A stretch of 63,245 nt of DNA, filler included, from Octopus bimaculoides (taxonomy: Eukaryota): assembly GCF_001194135.2 (NCBI RefSeq). It is 5 parts of 5 records of this genome, joined end to end, with 100 filler letters (N's around TTAATTAATTAA, not from the genome) between each part and the next. Parts side by side here need not be neighbours in the genome. Positions count along the whole stretch, not along the records: positions 1 to 31,232 come from NC_068982.1; 4 more parts are not named here. The stretch is one strand, 5' to 3'. This document shows, in pieces, positions 14,330 through 28,787 of the stretch; position 1 is the stretch's first letter; every line of letters begins with the position of its first letter. The position numbers and the translations under genes were made by a program. The notes under the pieces were generated by a model. The model was not told the DNA's origin, ran no database searches, and saw only the letters and a list, made by a program, of their open reading frames with translations.

Positions 14330-15201
14330 CAAAAACTTTCGTGTGCTTACGCTCGAAGTAAGGTGTTACTATTGTTAATATCGCATCTTTATGTCTTGTG
14401 CTAAATTTAAATTATATATGTATATATTATTTTTTTCCTCCGTCTTCCTTTTCTCTTGGACGTACCTCTGTCTCCTGTTTGTGAAGAAGAGCTTTGATCG
14501 AAACATGAAACTACCTATCTTTCCCTACCTGAACGTCTGCTAATACTTTGCATTTACCACGTCCTCGCGTTATTGTTTTTCCTTGGTCTGTTTTTCTTTG
14601 TTTTGTTTTGTTTTCTTTGATTATATATGTGTGTGTGTACTTCAATGTATGTGTGTGTGTGTGTGTTTGTGTGTATGTTTTTCTGCGTTATACATTTGGA
14701 AATGTGGGGTTGGAAGAATTCTAATTAATTTATATTCCTGCATCTTCAGAACAAAGGCATGAATTGAGGCAAAATCTTTTCAATCTCCTATTCAAGTCGT
14801 TGGATAATTTAAGTTCATAAGATTTTTAAAAGCATATAAAATAATTTGATCGTAGTAGAATACTGCAGAATACTTTTATTGCGTTGAATGAACAGTGACA
14901 TTGATCTTGAATAATGTTTGTTCTCTTTATGTCATATCGAATGTCTTAATCATGTCAATAGAACACTAATCGAGCATCAGAGTATTTCTAACATCTACAT
15001 TCTGTGTTGCACGGTAGTATCTGCAAGAGAAAGTGAAAAGTGTGATCTTCGTAAGTTTATCAACAAATTTAAAGACAAAGGAGTAATGAACTTAACTCTA
15101 GAATGAAAATTGTTCTTTTAATGAAAATTTCATAAGCCAAGCATTTTATTATTTTTCGAACTAGTACAAAGATATAGATTCTGCAATTTCGGAATAATTA
15201 G

Positions 15202-15267
<66 letters not shown>

Positions 15268-16299
15268 TACATACACACACACACACACCCATACATACAT
15301 ACATAATCTTTAATCTATAAGGGAAAAAGTTTTCTTGTACATTATGAACTACTTGATTCATGTATTTGACCAACTTAAGGAAGTTACCTTAATGTTAATG
15401 GTTAATTAAACGATGAATTTAATTAAACGATTAACAGTGAATATTTTTTCATGTCACCACAGTCTTTCAATTTCTTTCAGCGATTAAAAGTAGCACGATT
15501 TACTCCGTGATTTAATTACGCACATAGAAAAGAAATGTATTATTTAAAGGTAAACATCTCGGTTATGAACATTGCGCATATTTAATAGCTTGATATGAAA
15601 TGATGACACAATAATTATACAATTTCAACGATACTGTGCAGTATTCTCATTGTTGAAAACCCATCTACGTTCTGCTAAATTTCACCACGTCTTCGTTTCG
15701 GAATCCCCTCTATTTTACCTCTCCATTCTTCTATTGTTACTCTCCTCCTCTTCCTTCTCCTAGTACAAATCATCGTCGTCATCGTCATCATCTTCCATAT
15801 TATCACTTTTTGTTCTTTCTCATGTTTCTCCCGTTTCTCCCCTTTTAAAACATTGACTCAAATCTCCCATTTTTTTTTGTTGCTTTCCATTTTCTTGGTT
15901 CTGTGTGTTTCTCTTCTAATAAAAACTCATGCTTTTTTGTCACGATTTTCCTCCTTCTACTCATTATTCTCCTCCTCAACAAACACCTTCCGGTTTCTTC
16001 TTTTGAATTCTATTGCACATCAACTTTCTCTCAATACTTCTTCGATTTCATATTCTTTGTCCTTTGTTTCGTTCGTCACCTTCATATTCTTCGCCCTCTT
16101 AGACATACTTCCAATTCATTCATCTTTTTCCTTTACATTCCATTTATAATTATAATTTACTCCCCCAATACACGTTTAATACTCTTACCATTATCTGTTT
16201 CTTGATTTTTACCAGCTTTTTACTTTTTCTATATATTCCAATCATAGTCATCATAAATGTGATAATGAATATGAATATGAATACGAAAATGAATACGAA

Positions 16300-16348
<49 letters not shown>

Positions 16349-19300
16349 TTGATGAGGATGAGGATGAGGATGATGTTGATGATGATGATGATGATGATAA
16401 TGATGATGAGGATGATGGTGGTGGTGATGATGATGATGATGTTGAGGATGATGATTGGAATGTTTCTGGTAATGATCACGATACTTATGGTGTTGAAAAT
16501 AATGGTTATACAGACCATGATTTTAAGGTGTATCGTCAGATTTACACCCGGCAGTATTATAATGCTAAACACCGATATCGTAATAATGATCACCTTGTAT
16601 GGTCAACCTAGTCATTCAACATCATCATCATCATTATTATCTTTGTCATCATCACATCCAAAATCAAAATACTCAACATTTTCACCAATTGCAGTAGTAT
16701 AACCGCCATTTTATTCGTGATTATCTTCAACATCAATATCACCATCAAATCGATCCTTTAGTTTTATCATAATCCCAATCCTCTTTAACGTCAGCTGACT
16801 CATCAAAAGCAACAAAGTCGTACTGACTATAATTATTCAACTACTACACCTCCACTTTATGATAATGTTCATCATGAGGACCACACCAGGAACTCCCCCA
16901 TCATCAGCATCATCAAGAAATTGAAACAGTTGATGAAATGTAGTCTTCAGAGGAATCATTCTGTCCCCAGACTTTTGTACTATGCCTAAATTCTTTTGCC
17001 AGAGGAAATCAGATTATTTGATATTCAGGGTAGAATCGGTTGACAGATGAAAATAACGGGAAAAATGATTCTAATCTGTACTATAATGAAGAAATCTGCT
17101 TATTATTTATGTAACTTTTGATAAAAGAAAGCAATTAGTGGATTCTCCATTGTACAGAATTGGTAAAATTCAACTTTTAATGCATTGTTATTAAAATGTG
17201 GTTTTCAGGGTCGTTTCAGTTAAACGATTGATTTTAATTCATTGCGAACGTTCTTTAAAATCTGATACTGCGAGGCAGCCTTTTGTTAATGTCTTATTGC
17301 CTTCTCTCACTTTCCATCACTTTGTTTATCTATTTTCGATAGATAATAACTCAACCGAAAACTACGATCTTCGTGATGAACGAGAATAAAACAAATAATT
17401 TACCATGTCTGTATATTTACACGTGTGTGCTTATAGGTGTTATTAAAATTAAAATGTACAAGTAAATGTGTCGGTAGAAAGGAGAAAAGTTATAGAATCA
17501 CGAGTTAGAATCAATAGTAAGTTTTTCAATATCATTTTTTTCACCATTTTATCCTCTAACATTTTTATGATACTTTTAAAGCAACGCTTTGAATATCAGA
17601 AATGCTGAGTCTGCAATATTTAAAAAATAAAAACATTTTAGATAACAGACTAGCGACCGCAAGATATATTATACAAAAAAAAATATTTATATATATATAT
17701 ATTAATACACATATGCATTAAATGCAAACGGGTTATNNNNNNNNNNAAAACAAAGTATATTCAGACACAATTATTATGCAAAAAAATGTATTTTATCACT
17801 TTAACCCATAAAGTTGACATTTGTTCTCTGTGGTTCACACACTTATAACTAATGCATACACACAAGCAGAAAGCAGACTTCATTTGGTACGAAAGCGAGG
17901 AAAATTTGGAGGTAATTTGAAACCAAATTACTAGAGGTAAGTCTATTTCAAATTACCTTAGGGAGTAATTTGAAATTGATTTTCCGCCTTAATTTGAATG
18001 CAATTTTAAGTTATGTGGAGGCCAAGTGAATGGTGGTAGGAATGTTGGTTATTTGTAATCGTTACAGCGATTCATTTTGAATAAAATATCACAGGTGAAT
18101 TTGTTAGTATTGCTATTTCGTACGCTATACTTCTTAGAATCTACCTAGATAATCCCTGCTATTTATAACAAAATAAACGACCAGGTAGAGGGTAGACTAC
18201 CTTTGAGCTTGTTTAAAAGACAGAGCCTAAGCCTGCGATAAAATAATCTTTTCTATTATCGGTACAAGGACTGAAATCTTGGGTGGGGGGAATTCGGTTG
18301 CAACCCCAGTAGTCAATTAGTTCTTATTTTATCGACTCAGAAATGAGGAAAGGCAGAGTCGAACACGGCCGAATTTTAACTTAAGGACGAACAAAATGCC
18401 GCTATGGATTTTATCCGGTGTGCTAAAGATTCTGCGAACTTACTGCGATAAAATAATGTAGAAAATATTTTCGGATCGAAGAGTGATACCAGACGAATAA
18501 AGGAATCAAAACTATCTTAGACGTTACTTCTTATGAAAAGTACACAAATTGGGTATCAAATTGCCCAGTGATAGCTACAACGTTTGACTGATTTTATAGA
18601 AATTTACTTCAGTATTATTCAAAGAAGAAAAAGAGAAGGTTGAATAAACATAAAAAAAGTGTTATGAAACACGAAGAAATGGTACATAATCTGGGATAGG
18701 CCAAACATTACATCCAAGTAAATCAAGCCGAGATATTGAAAAACAATTATGTAGAATACATAGAAACACAACGTGCAGAGAATGGCGATCGAAGTGAAAA
18801 CAATATAAAACATAGAAAACTGTGTAATAAATCTGAATATCTTTGTGAAACTTGAAAAAAACATTCGTTAACATGAAACGACTTGGTTAATCTAGAACAC
18901 CTTTGCTCATGTTTATGAAGCCAGGTCTAATTCCTGAACAAAAATAAATAAAAAATTATCTCATAATGCATTTCTCAAAGCGTTAATGATAAATTGTTTT
19001 CTTAAAATACTTCCAAAGTCTGAGTATAACCACTTGTATGAACAAGTACAGCTATGTCTATTGGGGCGTATGCGAATATTCCGAAATGAGAGCGGATAGG
19101 ACGTTTCCATAAACATACGTAAACAATCATATAGATCAGGAGAACCCACACAGAATTTATTCTAAGTAATCACTGCTCAATGATATTACTCAAAACATAC
19201 TTTTGCATATTCAACAAGTGAATCTGCCATACATCCCATACATCACAGATTGTTAATGGAACAATTCACGTAATTCTTATTCCACAAAAATTGCTTCTCG

Positions 19301-19665
19301 ACAATAAAACAGGACACAGCACATACACTACACAATATCCACAATAATCAAAATGAATGTCACCATCAATATGACCTTCAGCAGTACACCATTGTGTAAC
19401 GTCATTGTCAGAGCCTTCGTCGTCTTCCTTCTCTTCATCATCATCAGCATGATATCGAATATCTGCTCCATTCCTTATTTACATATTTTCTTCTAAAACC
19501 TTTCCTATGTTGGCATACATATTCAACAGATTCACATGTGAAGTTAAATGATTGCTTCACAAACTGAAAAGACTATCGCTTTACAGCGAGTTAACTTCGT
19601 TGAATATTCACTATCTTTCCATTTCCCCATCAACTCTTCAGCTTTCTTATCCAGTTCCCACCCTC

Positions 19666-19698
<33 letters not shown>

Positions 19699-20198
19699 NN
19701 NNNNNNNNNNNNNNNNNNNNNNNNNNNNNNNNNNNNNNNNNNNNNNNNNNNNNNNNNNNNNNNNNNNNNNNNNNNNNNNNNNNNNNNNNNNNNNNNNNNN
19801 NNNNNNNNNNNNNNNNNNNNNNNNNNNNNNNNNNNNNNNNNNNNNNNNNNNNNNNNNNNNNNNNNNNNNNNNNNNNNNNNNNNNNNNNNNNNNNNNNNNN
19901 NNNNNNNNNNNNNNNNNNNNNNNNNNNNNNNNNNNNNNNNNNNNNNNNNNNNNNNNNNNNNNNNNNNNNNNNNNNNNNNNNNNNNNNNNNNNNNNNNNNN
20001 NNNNNNNNNNNNNNNNNNNNNNNNNNNNNNNNNNNNNNNNNNNNNNNNNNNNNNNNNNNNNNNNNNNNNNNNNNNNNNNNNNNNNNNNNNNNNNNNNNNN
20101 NNNNNNNNNNNNNNNNNNNNNNNNNNNNNNNNNNNNNNNNNNNNNNNNNNNNNNNNNNNNNNNNNNNNNNNNNNNNNNNNNNNNNNNNNNNNNNNNNN

Positions 20199-20229
<31 letters not shown>

Positions 20230-21109
20230 CTATGTATGTATGTGTTTGAATATACACATCTGTGTTTGTGTGTAACGTACACAATGTCTCCTTCAAAGAA
20301 TGTGTGTGTTGTGTCTGTGGGTGTGTTTCTGTTTGTGAGTAAGTCTCTCTGTTTATAAGCCTGCATGTGAATGTGCGCCTGCCATGCGTGTGTGTATCTT
20401 TACCTCACCCCTACTTACCACATATAGTGCACTACATACCACTCTGTTTACAAATGCATCTACACGACTGAATAGTTTCCTTATGTCTTTGATGCCATTT
20501 ATCAAAGTATGCATTTACAACGTTGTTTCTTTTACTTTTCTTTACACGTTTGACATATACTGTGCCATAAATTAGTATTTCTAGTCACTAATTGACATTA
20601 TTCTCCAGAACCATCTTCGAGCAGAAAACTCCACACGTTAAACTATTCTTTGTTGCACGCATGCGTACGCTATAAATTTGATATTAAGATTTATGCACTT
20701 ACAGGAGTCAGAGAAAATCAGAGGGATTTGGGGAAAGCAATAAAGGAAGAAGTCGACGGGAGAGAGTGTATGTATGAGAAACTTAGAGACTGACAGAAAG
20801 CCAAACCGAAAAAGAGAGATAGAGAGAGAGAGGGAGAGAGAGAAAGAGAGAGAAGTACATAAATCTTTACCGACTTCTTGCTTTTGTTTTTTTCCTTTAA
20901 TTTATGTCGTATCTTCAACGATGTTTTCTTTATATTATTTTTATACTTTTTCTATTAGATTTTCCTATTACGTTTATCTCCATGTAATATTCTGCTTTCC
21001 CACTTGCACACGCATATACACGTGCATGTACATTCGTAGAAACATGCATGTACACAGATATCTATNNNNNNNNNNCATGTACATTCGTAGAAACATGCAT
21101 GTACACAGA

Positions 21110-21162
<53 letters not shown>

Positions 21163-21287
21163 GTCATTCTGTCTGTCATTCTGTCTGTCTGTCTGTCTGT
21201 CTATCTGTCCGTATGTCTGCCTGCCTGTCTGACTGCCTGCCTGTCTGTCTGCCTGTCTGTCTGCCTGTCTGTTTGCTTGTCTGTCTT

Positions 21288-21340
<53 letters not shown>

Positions 21341-23302
21341 CTACCTATCTACCTATCTATCTATCTGTGTGTTTGTATGTACATATATATATATACCTAC
21401 ATACGCACACTAACTCATACGCTCACACACATAAAAATTCACAGAGACAACAAACACAAACACACACAGAGATACTCACGGCGCGCACGCACACACGCAC
21501 ACGCGCGCGCGCGAAATAGCACTTATTATTTTTGTGTTGACTCTTCCTTTGTTCAAGTGTGTACTTCATTGCTATTTTCGATGTTATTTTGTTGTTTATG
21601 TCGTTCCCTCTTTCGTTATTCTGCATTAGTTTATCTCCTTGAACGTGCTGTTCTCAACAGAGTGTCTGTCTTTCGAGTGATAACGGAGTCATTCGAAAAG
21701 ACAAATCAGACTGTGCACATTTAATGCTAAAAGTAACACGTTAAGTACTCTTTGTAAGAACAACTAAACTTGAGGAAAACCAGAACAAATATATTAAAAA
21801 AAAAACATCACTTACAGAGTGCAATCAGCGAGGAAGTGTCCCAAAATTTCTTTGATGAACAATTATTTATAACTCCTTTGTCCCACACACATGTGCTTGT
21901 AAGAACACCTATCTGATGCTCCCTGCTCAATGTTAATTGTTTTATGGCGCATTAGGAATGCCTGTTGCTAATATATTATTGCTATGATCATCATTATAAT
22001 TATTCTAAGGCAGCGAGTCACTGAATCGTTACTACGCAGGACAAAATGGTTAGCAGCATTTCGTTTGTCTCTGTTCTAAATTCAAATTATATCGAAGCCT
22101 GAGTTCAAATTACACCGAAGTCGATAAAATAAGTACTACTAGGGTCAATGTAATCCTTAGTCCCCAGGATCACACAATTGAAAGCCTTGTACTCACGAGT
22201 ATTATCATAAGGATTATCATAATTATTTTCACATCGTTGATTGAATGTTTATGCCTAACTTAGATTTCATATCCCAATGTTACCAAGATATTTTTCATGT
22301 TCATTATTTCTTTTCCTTTCTCCTGTTATTTTTAAATATTTTCCACTTCATTATATTTTTTATATTCATATTTTCATCTGTTTTACAATATGTTCTCGCG
22401 TCAGCAAATTAATAGGCAATTAAAAATCTTTGTTATTTCTCTCATGTGTCTACTTTAAAGTTAGCTGATATTAACACTTATTACATTTCATATTTTCACT
22501 GATGCAATGATATCATGACTTCAACAAAAAAACAAAAAAGTTAACAACAACAATAAAATGACAATGATATCAATAATAACTATAATTGTTTGTACAGGTG
22601 GAGGATAGTTGATTATATGACCCTGAAACGTCACTGGTATTTCATCATCACATGACAGATGAAAGACAAAGTTGATGTCACTAGGACTTTAACTCAGAAT
22701 GATAACAGGCAGACTAACTATCACTGTATTTTCATTACGCTGTAACGATTACATTTATCTACCCTCTTAAACAGTGGTAGTTATAATTCTTCGTTCTAGT
22801 ATAGTTTCAACTCCTGACATTTGTGCGAAGGAACTAGTCGATACCACTGACCACCGTATTTCCCAGTGGGGAGAATAGCAAAATCAACCTCTGCAAGATT
22901 TTAACTGGAAATTTGATTGGTGGAATAAATGCTACGAGACATGGTTTCGAAGTCTATAAAGACTTTTACAACTCTGCTGACTCCACAAGTAATAATCCTT
23001 TCTACAACGGGCACAGAGTCTGAGAATTTGGGCGATATATATCGATCCCGAAGTTCAACTAGTACTTATTTTATCAAAAGCGAAATGATGAATGGCAAAA
23101 TCAACATCGGTGGAATTTGAACTTAGAACTTGAGGAGGGACGAAATACCGCCAAGGAATATGCCCGGCGCACTAAAGATTATATCAGTTTGCAATCTTCC
23201 CTTCAAAAGTAGTAGTTGTAATGATGATAATAATGATAATGCTGATGATGAGGTGGAGGGGGAAGATAATGATGATGATGATAATGATGATGATGATGGT
23301 GT

Positions 23303-23363
<61 letters not shown>

Positions 23364-24128
23364 AAAAATTACATAAATATCATTAATAATTATTTTCTAA
23401 TAGAGAGAAAATACAGAATCTGTGGGAAAAGATACGAAAGTAGCGGGGAAAGATCATAAAAGCATGCACGACGGCGTCGGTAAAAAATGCAATTGCATTT
23501 GAGAATTCGATGTTGTGGAGTTTGAGTTTGCTGCCTTTCATGTCGAGTGTATTTTTCTTAATGTTCCATTTTAGTGCTGTTATTGATCTTGTGCTGCTCT
23601 GCATAGCAGGCTGCTGTGGATATGGATGCTGCTATATATTTTGTTGCTGATGTTACTCTGGTGGCAATGATGTATGCAGCGTGGAAGGAGCTCCTTCTTT
23701 TATTATGCAGGGAGCATAAAAGCGCTCTCGTTCATTTTTGCCCTCCCTTTGACTAGACTGATCACACACTTGCTACGACCATTCTGCCCTTTAGGACTTA
23801 GTTCCTTCGACAGCTGCAAAGCTCTTACTGTTCTTTTTATAGCATATGTATAATTATTACTATTTATTTCCTTCGTTTGTATATAACCGTAAGGATTTGT
23901 GCTATCATATATGCATAATTCGTTGTCTGTTATATGTATATAATGCCTTGTTTGTTTCTGTTTTAGCACACATTCTCTAGTTTATCCCCAGTGGCTTAAT
24001 AAAAGTACTAGTGCCTGCAAATTTGAACAGTATCAAAGGTAAGTGGCGTGAAACTGTTATGATATTTTGCGTCTTTGGCTGAAGAGGAAAACTCAGCTGA
24101 TACAAATAGCGTAGTGCACATTGTTTGC

Positions 24129-24182
<54 letters not shown>

Positions 24183-24419
24183 AGACACTGGCTTCACAAG
24201 GATAACTTTTCAAATATTTCTCTATACCCACATGTAGGTGAAGTGTCAACTGCTATAAAGACAAGTATACATGCATAAACACACACACATACATACACAT
24301 ATACATACACACATGTATGTATACATACATGCATACATACATACATACATACATGCATACATACATACATACATAACGGCTGCTTTCTGGAACATGAGCA
24401 AAGCCATTATTAGAAAGAG

Positions 24420-26640
24420 TCATTGAAATGAGTCATTGGTACTGCAATGTGAGTCTCTTATATGACTCTTGAGGCCCGCCACAGTTTTGCACATTTTATT
24501 ACAGAATGCATAGTTGTATTGGCTGTAAGAAGAAACTGGTACTATAGTATGAAGTGTTTTGATATGTCTTTTTAATCCTCCTTCTGAACGGCACAAGTTA
24601 GACATTTTCTGTTATCAACAATACCTGTATCATAATTTATAAGGGGTCGATTCCCGCGGCTTCTTTGACGGCTGACCAGGCCTGCATGGCTTAAGCATTG
24701 CCTCCTACAAATCACACACGTGCAAATCAATACACTTTCATTCTTTCTAAACTTTCTCCTGATTTTCTCCAGATTCATTCTCTCTCTCTCTTTCAAACCT
24801 CGAGCAACCACTGTGCCCTCTTTTCCTCCGTCTATTTCGTCTTGTGCTTCTCTCTCCCAATTAACATGTTTGTACAATTCCTGTTAGTGTCAAAGCAGTT
24901 TCAAGGTAGTCTTTGAACTACATTTTAGGTTTATGTGCTGGCCTTTTATCATCTTTCAGCTCACCATACAAAAAGTTGCTTAGGAAGTCTTTTATCACTC
25001 ATTCTTACCCCACCACAAACGACTTTACAGAATAATCGATTATACACTTCTCTCAAGTACCTCTGCTTCATTGTTCGCCGTTCTCCAATTTGTTCCAAGA
25101 ATGTTCCGAAGACAATGTTGATGGATTCCAAATGCTTCAAATATTTACGATAAATAACCCATATCTCACTTCCATTGTGCAATGATGGAAGAACACGTCT
25201 TATAAACTATAACTTTAGTTCAGATAGATACGATATGGTATGACCAAAAACGCTCGTAAAGCCTACCAAAGTCATCACTAGCTTTGTTGATTCTAAATGA
25301 AATTCCATTCTCAACGCCCGTAATGTTCATAGTACTTTCTAAATATGTGAATTTGGTGATGACCTCTAGCCTTTGTTCATAGACAGTTACAGAGAGTTCC
25401 ATATAAAACTTAGAGGGAACAGGCTGATATATCAGAAAAGTCTTCTTCAAGATAATGTTAAGGCCCGATGCTGTACATGCTGTAGGAATCGCATTCATCA
25501 TGTGTTGTATGTCTCCTTGGGTATCTGCTAACATGTCACAAGAACTTAATCATGTGAGAGTGAAAAACTTTCTTTTTTGGCGCAAAGTCCTTTGATGTTG
25601 AAAAGTTTTCCTGCTTTCCCATATCTTATATAGACCTCTTCAGCACAATCTTCGAAGAATATTTGGAAGACAATTGTAAAATGCAGATTAAACAAGGTTA
25701 GAGCAGGAATATCACTCTGTTTCACATCAGTTTTTAAAGAAATTGGATCTGACAGGGTACCTCCAGCATTAACTCTCCCCGCAATCCCGTCATGAAATTG
25801 TCTAAGTATTCTCACCAATTTTTCAGAGCAGCACAGATTTTTCAAGATCTCCCAAAGCGCAATTCTATTTACAGAATTAAATGTTTTGTGAGATCGATAA
25901 AAACTTGATATAAGTCCATATCCTGTTCGATGCACTATTCTTGTGATTTATCAGCAATGTGCCGATACAATCTATTCAGAATTACCGTACAAAGGACCTC
26001 TCCAGGCACAGCTAACAGACAGACGTCACGAAAACTATCGCAGACATCCTTTCCACCTTTCGATTTATAAAGTATCTCCATATTCGTATCATGCCAATCC
26101 TGAGAAACCACTTCACTATACCGAACCCTCAGGATTACACCTGTCAACATTGTACAGTGGTATTCACCATTATATTTGTGTATCTCTCTGCACCTAATCC
26201 ATCCATACCAGGGGACTTTCTCTTGTTAAATTTCACGATAGCCACTTTTATTTCAGCGGGCTTCGCAGCATCTGCTAAACAATGTTTTGTTGGTCTTTCG
26301 GGAATATTATCAGGAACAAAGATATGAACTTCGGTGGGTTTATGGAGCAACTCGCCAAAGTGCTCTTTCCGTCTCCCAACAATATCTTGAAGAGTGATAA
26401 TAATTCTGTGCATGTTTGCTATGAAATGGAGCGCCACTTGATGAAGTTGGACCAGAAGCTGTTTTCAAGAGAGACGAGACACAATGTTTTGAATTGTTAG
26501 TATTTGAAGATTCTTGGATTTCATCGCAGCCCCAGTTTTCCTGCATCATCCTCACCTTCCACTCCACTATTGCTTTTACTTCCTTAAAATGTGTAGCTGC
26601 TGTCCTGTTCGTTCAGAGATCTGCATTTGGCAACATGTTG
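24420..26640 (-). mobile_element. Degenerate RTE-clade LINE (reverse transcriptase plus C-terminal C2H2-like motifs)
   Basis: Broken ORFs: KSPGMDG (RT domain 0), FNSVNRIALWEILK, LFNLHF, FTYLEST, DKRLPKQLFV, CVICRRQCLSHAGLVS, CNKMCKTVAGLKSH. Confidence 0.9.
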
Positions 26641-27416
26641 TATACCTTTCTCTAATCCTCAATTTTTGAGGTAATTTCTTTTATTCCAAATAAGTACGCA
26701 CACTATATATTCGTTCTTCACTCGTTTATTACTGTTCTTATTGTATCTTATGCCCATTGTCCGGAAATCTTTCGTCACACACCTGTGACCTCTTCAGCAA
26801 CCCTTTCCGTCCACGTGTTTCCGCCTGCTCCACTTACTCCATTCTGTATTTCTATGATGTACGTCTTCATCTGCACATGCTTTTGCGTCCGTATGTGTGT
26901 GTGTGTGTGTGTGTATGTGTGTGCGTAGGTGTGCGTAAGCGTGTCTATGTGTTACGCATGTGTGCTTATGTCTGTGTATATGTGTTTGCCCACTACCCTG
27001 TTTATATCTGTGCCCTTTTTATTGTTGTATTTCTTAGTGTTACTTTGACCTTTCCTTCACCTACGTCTTCTCTTCTGTTGCTGTTGCTGCTGTTCTTAAC
27101 CCTTAATTTTGGTAGTGTTCGTGTATCTTTCTGTGTTTGTGCGTTCGTTCATGCTATTACTATCGTGGATGTTGTTGTTGTTGCGGCTACTTTTGAAGAT
27201 ACTGTATGTGTGTTTGTGTGTGTGCATATGAGTCTGCTTACTATATTGTTTATATATCCGTGCCATTTCTGTGTGTTTAGATGCTACTCTTTTTCTTTAC
27301 TTCCATTCCATGTTAACGAGACACGAAATTACATTATAGACAAACGTTGTCGTATATGTACATACGTAAATGAAAAGATACAGGTTCACGCAGGCGACAA
27401 CCGACACGCATTCAAA

Positions 27417-27470
<54 letters not shown>

Positions 27471-27672
27471 ATACACGCGCACACGCAGAAGCACAGACGC
27501 TCACATGCATAAACGCTCTTACAAAGACATACGTACATAGTTAACTAGACAAATAGACATCTCTGAAAATATCCCAAACCTTTTAATCTCTATCTATACT
27601 CATCTTTCAATTTTTCGACTTCACTTTATCTTTAAGCTACACTTTTCTTCGTCTGCGAGCTGATGCTCTTCT

Positions 27673-27779
27673 TCTTTATCGCCTTCTTCTTCTTTATCGC
27701 CTTCTTCTTCTTTATCGCCTTCTTCTTCTTTATCGCCTTCTTCTTCTTTATCGCCTTCTTCTTCTTTATCGCCTTCTTC
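27673..27779. repeat. 18-bp tandem repeat, about 6 copies (tctttatcgccttcttct)
   Basis: Read directly. The minus strand would encode (GDKEEE)n. Confidence 0.9.
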
Positions 27780-28752
27780 TGTATTTTCAACTTCTTCGTC
27801 GTCTTCATCTTCTCTTCCTTTCCATATCACACAAGTAAATGTTTACTTCACTAGTAGTTATTGCATCAATCTTTTTCTTCTGCTTCAGATTCCATTTATT
27901 CTGTCTGTCTGTCTGTCTGTCTGACTCCCCTTCTCTCTCTCTCTCTCTCTCACACTCTTTCTGTGCTTTTCTCTATTATTCTTTACCCTACTTTCAATCT
28001 TTCTACTGCTATACTATATTTATAAATGCTTTTGATGTGTATCCTCGCTCATGTTGACACCCGTCATTGAACTGCATGTGTTGTATGATGCTTCACAGCA
28101 CTATGGTCTGAACTGCAGAAGTATAAATTTACATTATCACGAATGTCTCAAAGGACAACCCCCACCACTGACACAGCCGCATGCATGTTGTATGTACACA
28201 CACAGACAGCCACTCATACGCACACATACATATACATATATATATTCACATACACACAAAGGCGTATATGTTTATTTAGATGTGCACACAAACGCACCAT
28301 TTGTTCTAATAAAGTTATGGTAGATTGGGCTGTATCTTAGAGAATGCTCATATTTGGAAATGTTTGAATGTCACACAACCTTAAGAACTCAATAAAATAT
28401 TGATAAAAATTTGTATCATTCCATACTGGTCTGCAGCAGCAAAACAAAAACATGCAGAGAATATAAATGCTATTGTGAATGATTGGAAAGTATATGAACC
28501 TATGCAAAAATATTGGTTTTCATATAGACGTTAATGCCATTCTTGTCTAATGATTAACATCTTATACAAATATAAGAATGGAAAGCAGATCAGGTGGGAT
28601 GCCATTGCCTTACTGCTGTCAATAGGATTTACTGTCATTGTATATGATTGATAGTGTGACAGTTCCAACAGTCAAAGAAGAGCTTGTCAGGGCACTGCCC
28701 TCTGAAGTATATTGGATAGTAGAACTACCTTAAATATGCTTGTCTCAGCAGA

Positions 28753-28787
28753 ATAATCCACCAGCTCGGCGAGAGCTGGTGGATTAT
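28753..28787. other. Perfect 15-bp hairpin with a 5-nt loop
   Basis: ataatccaccagctc-ggcga-gagctggtggattat. Confidence 0.9.

Noticed and set aside
13654-14506. ~94-bp direct repeat on both sides of an N gap
   Set aside because: Identical sequence flanking a gap beside (AT)n is most likely an uncollapsed haplotype or overlap artefact.
16150-16702. Long poly-Ile and poly-Met ORFs, and the many HTHT, YIYI, VCVC and X-filled ORFs across the track
   Set aside because: Translations of (GAT)n, (CA)n, (AT)n and (ATAC)n microsatellites or of N gaps. No coding evidence.
21026-21116. Exact 41-bp duplication around a 10-N gap (similar case at ~54474-54574)
   Set aside because: Typical negative-gap assembly artefact, not a biological tandem repeat.
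27621-27830. Acidic ORF with (GDKEEE)6
   Set aside because: Explained by an 18-bp tandem repeat. It has an in-frame stop just upstream, no ATG and no convincing splice sites.
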